DNA of 64,000 bases, taken from the sequence record OR352951.1; one strand, 5' to 3'. Each line of letters opens with the position of its first letter. The stretch's first letter is position 1. The DNA is from Escherichia phage AV121. Positions 33,439 through 44,336 of the stretch are shown one piece after another. The translations under genes were made by a program, and so were the position numbers. The notes beneath the pieces are model-generated. The model saw nothing but the letters and a program-made list of their open reading frames with translations, was not told the origin of the DNA and did not search any database.

Positions 33439-33615
33439 TTATGCTTTCTGCTTACCAAAACGAGAAGCATCATCTCGAAGAACCGCACGTGCTCGGCGCA
33501 TGATCTTCTCAACAGTTTGATTGATACGAGAGTTCGACCCACGCTTGTAACCAGCGCGTTTAGAATCACCAACTTTCTTTTCAACTGCTTTCTTTGCTTT
33601 AGCTTGTTTTGCCAT
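33439..33615 (-). CDS. small lysine/arginine-rich basic protein
   Basis: 58 aa from ATG 33615 (MAKQAKAKKAVEKK...); track alternative start 33657; hairpin terminator immediately downstream. Confidence 0.4.
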   Translation of the reverse strand: MAKQAKAKKAVEKKVGDSKRAGYKRGSNSRINQTVEKIMRRARAVLRDDASRFGKQKA

Positions 33616-34013
33616 TATAAAGTCTCTTTTAAATGAAAATGCAGGACTTATTGGCATTGCCTGCGCAAGCCCTCAAAGGGAACATAGGTTTTTGGATATT
33701 TAACGACCAGGATAACCATAAACCCGTCATCATACCTTATAGCTCTTATCTGTTGCACACCGTTAGCTTAAAGGTTCCGGGTCCGATTACTCGAGGATAA
33801 GATATATACTGATGGATATATAGGCCTTGAGGCGTACTCCCGATTGGCCATCACCTCGGGGTAGCATGCACTTGCCGCTATAAGAATAACATTCAAGAGG
33901 TACACCGTAAAACTGCCGGGGTCTTAAAACTATAATGATTCGCAAATCATTAATCAGACAGTTCGACGGCTCCTCGTTTTAACTTCACACTAAGGTAGTG
34001 ACTCTCCAATAAA

Positions 34014-34262
34014 TTACTTCAGTGTTACCACAAAGTGACGAACTGCTTTTCGTGCAGCAGAAGCCAGTGGCTTAGCATATTTAAGTTCATCTTTTTCCTG
34101 AAGCTCAGCAGCTAATGCAGTTTGAGCAGGATTCAGATGTTTGAAATAACGCAGGATTTCAAGAGCTTCGGCTTCAACATCAATAGATGCACCATAGTTT
34201 TCGTGACCATTATTCCATGCGTTTCGTTGCAGTTCAAGAGCGTGTTGTAATTGTTTAATCAT
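34014..34262 (-). CDS. rIII: rIII lysis-inhibition accessory protein
   Basis: 82-aa ORF, same length as T4 rIII; sits just upstream of gene 31. Confidence 0.8.
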   Translation of the reverse strand: MIKQLQHALELQRNAWNNGHENYGASIDVEAEALEILRYFKHLNPAQTALAAELQEKDELKYAKPLASAARKAVRHFVVTLK

Positions 34263-34409
34263 TTAAAAATTCTCGTTAGAGATTAAAACTCGGTAGTCAC
34301 GTTCTTCTGAATTTCATCTTCTTTCGACAGATCTCTCAGTTGTAGACTACCACATAGAATTGTTCGGTTAACTTATTATTCCGACACCCAATTCATATTA
34401 TTATTTATA

Positions 34410-34745
34410 TCACTTATAAAGACACGGAATAGCTTTATAGTGACAAGTAACGAATTTTTGTTTAATTTCTTTTGGCTGCTTAAGACCCAGAGCTACAAAA
34501 GGGTGTGGAACGTTTCGAATTTGACCAACTGGAAGAGAAGTCAAATCACCAACTTCACAGAAACCTTCAGGAACATCAGGACCGACAGAGTGAACTACAC
34601 ACAGTTCAGGAACTTCACCTTGAACACGTTTACCGATAATAAGTCCTGATTCTGTAACTTCTTCATCACCGGCTTGTGCAGGTTCAGAAACTAAAATAAC
34701 ATATTCACCGACAGCACGAATTGGTAGCTGTTGTACTTCAGACAT
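34410..34745 (-). CDS. 31: co-chaperonin gp31 (GroES analogue)
   Basis: 111-aa ORF, same length as T4 gp31. Confidence 0.9.
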
Positions 34746-34801
34746 CGTTTTTCCTTTTTGTTAACAGATGAATTAATAATAACAAATAATTCTTAAAGCA
34801 T

Positions 34802-35110
34802 TTATTTACCAATAAATTGGAGCAAATGCTCAACTTTCATACCATTAACGGAAATCAATTTGTCAATAGAAAAACCTCGCCATGCACCAAGTTCAACATC
34901 AAATACTGGAATCATATCAGTAGATTCTTTCCGAGTAGATTCAGTCAATTTACCAGTTTGCATGGTTGGCATAAAGTCCGCGTCGCGAGTACCTTTCATA
35001 ACACGAATAGTACCGTCAGACTTTTCAAAAACTACGTTTGAAACACCCATGGACAATTTAGTTTTCAAAATTTCACGAATTGCTACTTTTTGTTCAGTCG
35101 TCAGTTTCAT
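34802..35110 (-). CDS. hypothetical protein (T4 31.1 position)
   Basis: 102-aa ORF, ATG checked. Confidence 0.55.
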   Translation of the reverse strand: MKLTTEQKVAIREILKTKLSMGVSNVVFEKSDGTIRVMKGTRDADFMPTMQTGKLTESTRKESTDMIPVFDVELGAWRGFSIDKLISVNGMKVEHLLQFIGK

Positions 35111-35347
35111 TTATTTACCTATTACAGTTTTAATATGAGTTGTTCCACGTTCTTTAAGAGTGGAAAGTAATTTTTGGCATTTTTCTAAATCAGATTTCCA
35201 ACTATATGGTCTATCAATACAAACCCATTCTGACTTATAATACTGCTTCCATTTAGAGAAAAAATATTTCTTATACTCTACAGCAAATGAAATATTCTCA
35301 TTAGAATAAGAACTAATTGCTGTGAGCTGTACCAAACGAAATTTCAT
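35111..35347 (-). CDS. hypothetical protein (T4 31.2 position)
   Basis: 78-aa ORF, ATG checked. Confidence 0.5.
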   Translation of the reverse strand: MKFRLVQLTAISSYSNENISFAVEYKKYFFSKWKQYYKSEWVCIDRPYSWKSDLEKCQKLLSTLKERGTTHIKTVIGK

Positions 35348-35928
35348 TATTCACCACAGAATTCGTTGATATTTTCCCAGTTTAACTTATTCAAGTTTTT
35401 CTTAGGAACATTAAACACTTCAATACCTGCATTTCGCAGAATATCATCCCAGCCAGGTTTATTTTTATCGTATGTTTCACAATAAACCAGCTTTTTAATT
35501 CCAGATTGAGCTATTGCTTTTGCACAATCTGGGCAAGGAGAAAGTGTTACATACATAGTAGCACCTTCAATTGAAGAACCGTTTCGTGCAGCAAACAAAA
35601 TCGCATTTAGTTCAGCATGAATTTCATTTTTAGACGACCATTCAGAGTGCGCGCTACGATGTTCTTTCGCCAATACAAAACGATCAGTTGAACCAAACGA
35701 TACACATTCAGGCTTATGACCTTGAATGATAGTATGTTTAGGTTTATTCAGCAACCAACCTTGCTCAGCAGCATAATCACAACAGTTCACACCACCTGCA
35801 GGTGAACCATTATATCCAGTAGAAATAATACGTCCATTCTTTTCAATTACTGCTCCTACTTTCCAGGAGCAACATTTTGATTCTTGTGATACTAAATATG
35901 CAATTTGAAGTACTGTACTCGCTTTCAT
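35347..35928 (-). CDS. cd: dCMP deaminase
   Basis: 193-aa ORF with cytidine/dCMP deaminase zinc motifs (HAELNAI and PCPDCAK); T4 Cd length. Confidence 0.9.
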   Translation of the reverse strand: MKASTVLQIAYLVSQESKCCSWKVGAVIEKNGRIISTGYNGSPAGGVNCCDYAAEQGWLLNKPKHTIIQGHKPECVSFGSTDRFVLAKEHRSAHSEWSSKNEIHAELNAILFAARNGSSIEGATMYVTLSPCPDCAKAIAQSGIKKLVYCETYDKNKPGWDDILRNAGIEVFNVPKKNLNKLNWENINEFCGE

Positions 35929-36263
35929 TTCATAATCACCAGATAAGCAGATTTAGCAGTTTCAACACGATAAATTTCGTGACGAAGTTTAGTTATACTT
36001 TTAATAACAGAACTAATTATATTCTGCCCATCTTTAAAGCGGTTTTTCTTATCAATAAAAATTGCGCCAACCATCTTTTTGTGAAGCTCAACCGGATACT
36101 TCGTCACAATAATAGCATCATACACAGAAGGATGAATACTATTCACCAAAGTATCATTCATTAAAGTTATTCTAATGAACTTTGCTGTTTCAGAGTCAAG
36201 CGCTCTATGATCGCCAGTATCATTTTCAAGACAATTATCAATTATATCAGTTAAATTCATCAT
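35925..36263 (-). CDS. hypothetical protein
   Basis: 112-aa ORF, ATG checked. Confidence 0.5.
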   Translation of the reverse strand: MMNLTDIIDNCLENDTGDHRALDSETAKFIRITLMNDTLVNSIHPSVYDAIIVTKYPVELHKKMVGAIFIDKKNRFKDGQNIISSVIKSITKLRHEIYRVETAKSAYLVIMK

Positions 36264-36496
36264 AGTACGCCATACACCCTTTGTGCTTCAACTAATCCAT
36301 CAAAATCCAATTTGAGATGTGTTATTTGGTCACCATCACCTGGATTCACAATTACTAATACTGAACGAGGAGTTTCGGTAATAACACGAACCGATGTTTC
36401 GGGAAATCGTTCAGAAACCTTATTTACTAATTCCTGCGCAAATAGTTTAACTTTTTCTTGGAATTCTTTAACAGTAATTGGTTTTTCACTTAGCAT
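36260..36496 (-). CDS. hypothetical protein
   Basis: 78-aa ORF, ATG checked. Confidence 0.5.
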   Translation of the reverse strand: MLSEKPITVKEFQEKVKLFAQELVNKVSERFPETSVRVITETPRSVLVIVNPGDGDQITHLKLDFDGLVEAQRVYGVL

Positions 36497-37017
36497 GTTG
36501 ATCCCAGCTCCTTACTTTCAACGTTTTTAACTAATTTGACAGAAACTAATTCAGCATCTTGGGTAATCATTACCGGGCCTTCTTCATGCTCTTCAAGATA
36601 TTCTAGAGCTTTCTTTTTAGCTTCTTCCTTCGTATCAGTTTGAGCATAGATATAGAACATACAACCAGTAATACCTACTACTTTCCACTTAATTTCTTTA
36701 TCAGTTTTAATTTCAAATTTACTTACAGAATCATCTTTTTGAACTTCTTCGAAAAAAGAATATTCTAACATATAAGCAATTGAAAATAACGGGCTAACTT
36801 TATAGGATTCACCCATTACATCAACAGCTTTATACCAACAATCATCAATTTCGCGTTTAATGCTAATAACATTTTTCGCAGGATCTATTTTTACTTTAAA
36901 TGAATTTTCCCCAATAAACTGGGCAATTCGTTTATTAGCCCCGCAAGTTTCATTAAAAATATCTTTATACCCAGTTTTAAAGCGATAAACCTTATCTTCT
37001 TCAAACCATTCGCTCAT
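36490..37017 (-). CDS. hypothetical protein
   Basis: 175-aa ORF; GAGGAAA RBS; promoter-like GTTTAC element with hairpin upstream. Confidence 0.5.
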   Translation of the reverse strand: MSEWFEEDKVYRFKTGYKDIFNETCGANKRIAQFIGENSFKVKIDPAKNVISIKREIDDCWYKAVDVMGESYKVSPLFSIAYMLEYSFFEEVQKDDSVSKFEIKTDKEIKWKVVGITGCMFYIYAQTDTKEEAKKKALEYLEEHEEGPVMITQDAELVSVKLVKNVESKELGSTC

Positions 37018-37078
37018 TTCAATTTCCTCGTTTGTTTTGGTAGAGCTATAATATCACAACTCTACCGTAAAGTAAACT

Positions 37079-37354
37079 TTAAATTGCTTTGAATTCTGAT
37101 GTCTGTGATTCAAAGCGAATATCGCCTTTGATGACTAGCTCAGCATCAAGACCGAATACGACAATGATATGCGCGGAACCTGGATACAACGTGATGGCAA
37201 CAGAATCCACCTGGTCTGGAAGCAAAGTGTTCAATACATGAGTCACTTGAGCATGGATTCGAAGCTCAGCTGCGTTATCAAGTTTTTCAAACATATTATT
37301 AGCGATAATTTGGCTAAACACTACTTCTACGATTTTAGAGTAAGTCGGAAACAT
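37079..37354 (-). CDS. hypothetical protein
   Basis: 91-aa ORF, ATG checked. Confidence 0.5.
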   Translation of the reverse strand: MFPTYSKIVEVVFSQIIANNMFEKLDNAAELRIHAQVTHVLNTLLPDQVDSVAITLYPGSAHIIVVFGLDAELVIKGDIRFESQTSEFKAI

Positions 37355-37356
37355 AT

Positions 37357-37549
37357 TTACCTCACATAATTTTCTTCAAGCCAATCAATAACATCCAAAG
37401 CGTTATCAAAAGTTGCGCCATCTACTTTGTCTTCTGTTTCATAATCAAGAACATCTAGGCCTACTCTTCCGTCAACAATAGGCCATAGACAAAATAGATA
37501 TTTCTTTTCTTTTTCAATTTTATCACAAAGACGATAAATCTTTTCTAGG

Positions 37550-37557
<8 letters not shown>
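37357..37557 (-). CDS. hypothetical protein
   Basis: 66-aa ORF, ATG checked. Confidence 0.45.
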
Positions 37558-38965
<1,408 letters not shown>

Positions 38966-38969
<4 letters not shown>

Positions 38970-39196
38970 TTATTTTTCTCAACCAATGATTGAATATAAT
39001 CATGCAGGTCTTTAGATGCTTTGCCCCACTTATTTTGGTATTCATTTTTAAGATTAGCACGTGATTGAGCTAATAAAACATCATTAGTTGGAGGTAAAGA
39101 TTCTAATCGCTGAATCTGGCGTCCATAAATCATTGCAGCCATCTCGGATTCATAAATCAATCCTTTGAGATGTTCAAATTGATGCCATGAAATCAT
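38966..39196 (-). CDS. hypothetical protein
   Basis: 76-aa ORF, ATG checked. Confidence 0.5.
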
Positions 39197-39492
39197 TTAC
39201 ATTTATCCTCTTTTAACTCTTGACGATAATAACATATCATAGTTTTCTGGTCGTGTACATATCGTTTTACATCATTAAGCCAAATACGAAATTCCTGAGA
39301 ATCTTCAAATGGCATACCGACCCAAGCTTTACCATCAATAACTTTAACTTGCCAAGATAATTTAGCTTCGTCATATGACTTTATTTGTACAGGCCAATTA
39401 GGATGAACTGTTTCTTTCTTTACTTCTAGAGGCTTTGTCGAACAACCAACTAGAAGACCAATAGATAATATTACTGCTGATAGTTTAATCAT
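39193..39492 (-). CDS. outer-membrane spanin (o-spanin) lipoprotein
   Basis: 99-aa ORF; signal peptide with lipobox LLVGC, C-terminal Cys residues; directly follows the i-spanin with a 4-nt overlap. Confidence 0.7.
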   Translation of the reverse strand: MIKLSAVILSIGLLVGCSTKPLEVKKETVHPNWPVQIKSYDEAKLSWQVKVIDGKAWVGMPFEDSQEFRIWLNDVKRYVHDQKTMICYYRQELKEDKCK

Positions 39493-39842
39493 TTAGAAAG
39501 GTCCTGGATGTCTTCTGCGAACTTGTTGAAGGAGTTGTTGATTTGTTTTTCAACCAATCCTGGCTTACGAGCCACCACATCCGCCTTCTTTGCATCTTTG
39601 CGCAGTTTTTCATTTTCACGCTCAATAGCAGCAATCGCCTCACGATTTTTATTATTCATCGCATCAATATAATTATACTGAATTCGCAAATTATTTAATG
39701 CTAAGGCGTTTTCATTGGCCGTTTTTGTAATTTCTACAACAGACGTTTCTAATCTTTCAATTTTATTTTTTAAAATTAAAGAAGTTCCGCCTAATGCAAT
39801 TACAATTAATAGCAAACCTGCTGTCGTATTACTTAATTGCAT
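39489..39842 (-). CDS. inner-membrane spanin (i-spanin)
   Basis: 117-aa ORF; N-terminal TM helix (AGLLLIVIALGG) followed by a coiled-coil-like periplasmic region. Confidence 0.65.
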   Translation of the reverse strand: MQLSNTTAGLLLIVIALGGTSLILKNKIERLETSVVEITKTANENALALNNLRIQYNYIDAMNNKNREAIAAIERENEKLRKDAKKADVVARKPGLVEKQINNSFNKFAEDIQDLSK

Positions 39843-40339
39843 AAAGTTTTAATAACCTCTATAATATCGTCTTGAGAAAGACCGTTAATTAAAATATGAT
39901 GTTCAGCCGGAGATTTAGAAATTTTAAAGCACGCCGCAACATCTTCTGCCATATCCGATGCGCTACGATTTGGATTACTAATTCCAAGACGATGTTTTCC
40001 CGTTAAAGGATTAACGATGATATAGCATTTACAGTTGTTAATATGAACATTAGGTTGAGTCTGATTAATGAACACATCGCAATCATATTTCGCAAGCTGA
40101 TTTTCTAAAAAGACTTTCATCTCCTCAACCGCATCAGGAAGCATATCACGGGCTTGCTCAAGACGACGATTTCGATATTCTTTAATGGTCGTTTTCCGCT
40201 TGACTTGCTTAGCTAAATCTTTCTTAAGATCGGTGATATATCCAACTCGACGATTTCCTTTAAATACAGAAATCCCATCTGTAGTATCACCGTATGCTTC
40301 AACGACCATTTCAGTAGTAATAAGCTGCAAATCCATCAT
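39833..40339 (-). CDS. alc: Alc, host transcription terminator/unfoldase
   Basis: 168-aa ORF (T4 Alc about 167 aa) upstream of rnlA; promoter/RBS repeat copy immediately upstream. Confidence 0.8.
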   Translation of the reverse strand: MMDLQLITTEMVVEAYGDTTDGISVFKGNRRVGYITDLKKDLAKQVKRKTTIKEYRNRRLEQARDMLPDAVEEMKVFLENQLAKYDCDVFINQTQPNVHINNCKCYIIVNPLTGKHRLGISNPNRSASDMAEDVAACFKISKSPAEHHILINGLSQDDIIEVIKTLCN

Positions 40340-40343
40340 AAAG

Positions 40344-40397
40344 TCCTCATGTTATGTCAGTAAGACTACTATAACACAACACGAGGGACTTGTAAAC
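40344..40397 (-). repeat. 54-bp promoter/5'UTR/RBS cassette, copy 2 (upstream of alc)
   Basis: Perfect copy of 26835..26888; flanking bases differ. Confidence 0.7.
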
Positions 40398-40400
40398 AGC

Positions 40401-41988
<1,588 letters not shown>

Positions 41989-41996
41989 AATAAAAT

Positions 41997-42010
41997 GGGC
42001 CTTGCGGCCC
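41997..42010 (-). terminator. hairpin between nrdB stop and denA start
   Basis: GGGCC-ttgc-GGCCC stem-loop. Confidence 0.5.
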
Positions 42011-42015
42011 ACTCC

Positions 42016-42518
42016 TTAAAAGTATTTTTTAAAACTCATCATAACTTTATCATCAACATCATTATCAATCTGTGCAACAAGATAAGATGACAGTTCTACT
42101 TCTTGCGGCGCGGATTGAACATTATCAGAATTAAGGTATTCACGAATCCAAGGATATGGATGTTTAATCGGAGCATCGGTAATCGGGCATGGAAGACCAC
42201 ACTGTTTCATACGAGATACAGTTAAGTAATCAATAAAGCTCCACATGCTATTTGTATTTAATCCAGGAACATCGCCATCTTTAAATAAATGAACTGCCCA
42301 ATCTTTTTCTTGGCGGTTAACTTCCATGAAAATATCAACTGCTTCTTGTTCACACTCTTGAGCAATTTTAACCCATTCATCGCCATCAGTGCCAAGTTGA
42401 AGTTGACGAATAATATATTGAGTGCCTTTAAGGTGAAGCTGCTCATCACGTGCAATGAACTTCATAATCTTGGCATTACCTTCCATGATTTCCATATTCT
42501 TGTGGAAGTTAAAGGTAC
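42016..42518 (-). CDS. nrdB: ribonucleotide reductase small subunit NrdB, exon 2
   Basis: Homology to class Ia R2 C-terminal half (MEGNAKI..ARDE.LHL); exon start inferred at 42518 so that splicing yields ...YVSFA-C-TFNFHKNMEIMEGNAK, parallel to E. coli [21 protein letters not shown]. Confidence 0.8.
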
Positions 42519-43609
42519 CGTTATGTTCGATTGAGCTCGCTAATTCTCAACCCGTTCTCTTATGAACTGCTACATATTACTATGCAGACCAGACTATATC
42601 ACAATCCCAGAGGGATTCTCCCCATTTCGAGTCGCTTGACCCTACGTCCGAAGACTAGTCGTTGAACCTTGCTTTGCAATTGTCGCCGTGCCATCGTTTA
42701 TATGTTGATGGTGATAAATCTTTCTTATCACAATATGGACAATTCAATTGAATTCTATTTGGATTTAATTTACATCTGTCATTATGTTTTAGATAAAATC
42801 CAGGACCTTTACCAATGTGACCGCAGAAATCACATGTGATTTCTTTTTGTGCAGGATGGGTCCCGTTCTTAACCATTTCTAATGTTTTTGCTGATGTTCT
42901 TTTCTTATGGTCTTCTGACAAGAAATGATGTGAACCGTCATTTACCCGTTTTGATTGAGTTTCTGACTGCATTTTACCACCGCAAAATACATGAGTACCT
43001 TCTTTTATAGCTGCAATATTGCGTTCTTTAACTTTTGCAATATGCTCAGCTTGTTGAAAATTATGTATACCTAATGCAACTCTATTTAAATTAGATTTAC
43101 GCTGTATTTCACCGTCTAAAAGATGAAATGTACCATTTTCTATCTTAGATTTAATAGAGGCAATATTTTTAGCTCGTACTTCAGGGATATTAAAAATCTG
43201 GATTTCTCTAGATTTTGCGGCTTTAGAAGCTAATTCAGAAATTTCTTCAGGAGAATATTTCATTCTAAGCTTTATAGCATGACAAGCCTGGTAATCTTTT
43301 TGAGCTAAATGTATATCATAATGTTCCTGTATAGAAAGGCACATCAAATTATCTAAATCATTATTTTCACGGTTACCGTCTTTATGATGGATTTCGTATG
43401 TTCTTCCATCAGAATCTTTAGGTATAGGTCCGTTAGCATCTATCCAAATTTTTCTATAGTTCAATTGTGCATCCTCTTAAAAGTATAATCATATTTATAT
43501 TATACTAATTAAAGGTGCAAGCAAAACCTTGGCTGCTAGTTTTCCTATAAAGGACTTTCCAGCAATTAAAGGAGTTTTCGATAAACGTTACCGTTTAAAG
43601 GCGCATTTT
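42519..43609 (-). mobile_element. group I self-splicing intron in nrdB carrying I-TevIII
   Basis: Interrupts the R2 reading frame between YVSFA and TFNF; 5' exon ends in U; intron ends ...GAACAUAACG, nearly identical to the td intron 3' end GAACAUAAUG; boundaries inferred (±1-2 nt). Confidence 0.75.
42655..43464 (-). CDS. I-TevIII: I-TevIII HNH homing endonuclease (intron-encoded, full length)
   Basis: 269-aa ORF inside the nrdB intron; HNH (YEIHHKDGNRENNDLDNLMCLSIQEHYDIH) and C-terminal Zn-finger-like CxxC..CxxC; TTG start after AAGAGGA; T4 copy is truncated as recalled. Confidence 0.8.
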   Translation of the reverse strand: MNYRKIWIDANGPIPKDSDGRTYEIHHKDGNRENNDLDNLMCLSIQEHYDIHLAQKDYQACHAIKLRMKYSPEEISELASKAAKSREIQIFNIPEVRAKNIASIKSKIENGTFHLLDGEIQRKSNLNRVALGIHNFQQAEHIAKVKERNIAAIKEGTHVFCGGKMQSETQSKRVNDGSHHFLSEDHKKRTSAKTLEMVKNGTHPAQKEITCDFCGHIGKGPGFYLKHNDRCKLNPNRIQLNCPYCDKKDLSPSTYKRWHGDNCKARFND

Positions 43610-44285
43610 ACGCAAAAGATACATAAAAACGAATAGCTTCTAAGGCATTAATAACGTGTAAACAGAGGTAAAGAGACTTCATTAAAGCACGTTTAGCTTC
43701 GGCTTCTTGTTTAATAGCTCGGTTTAAACGAAAGTCGGCATCAGGAGATTCTTTAGCTAGTTCTACAAATTCTTTAGCATTTTCCCATTCACGGGTTTTA
43801 ACCAAGACATCATCATAATAGCGACCGATAGATTCAGCACGTTTCATGATAGCTTCATCTAATACAATCTCATCAAATACCTTCGATGGATCAGTATAAA
43901 GATTTCGCATGATATGAGTATATGAACGACTGTGAATAGTTTCACTAAAAGTCCATGTAGCAACCCATGTATCAAGGCTTGGGTCTGAAATTAATGACAT
44001 AAGTACAGCAGACGGCGCACGGCCCTGAATGCTATCCAAAAGTGATTGATACTTCAGGTTGTTAGTAAAAATATTTTGCTGATACTGAGGAAGCTTATTA
44101 AACTGTGCAGCATCCATCATCAAGTTTACTTCTTCAGGACGCCAGAAAAATGATAATTGCTTTTCGGTTAAATCTTCAAAAACTTTATGACGTTGAATAT
44201 CATAACGCGCAATACCAAGACCTGAACCAAAAAACATAGGTTCTTTTAAAACATCAACTGGATTTGTATTAAAAACTGTGCTCAT
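43610..44285 (-). CDS. nrdB: ribonucleotide reductase small subunit NrdB, exon 1
   Basis: 225 codons homologous to R2 N-terminal part (LKEPMFFG, KQLSFFWRPEEV ... RFYVSFA); in-frame stop right after the inferred 5' splice site. Confidence 0.85.
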
Positions 44286-44336
44286 AAATTTTCCGCTTAG
44301 TTAATAGTTGGTGACTCGTCCGTGAGTCAAATTATA

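Noticed and set aside
33658-34013. Possible tRNA or group I intron in the ORF-free region
   Set aside because: No T-loop GTTCRANYC with a matching stem and no P7-like CAGACUA core found by eye; kept only as an unclassified candidate structured region.
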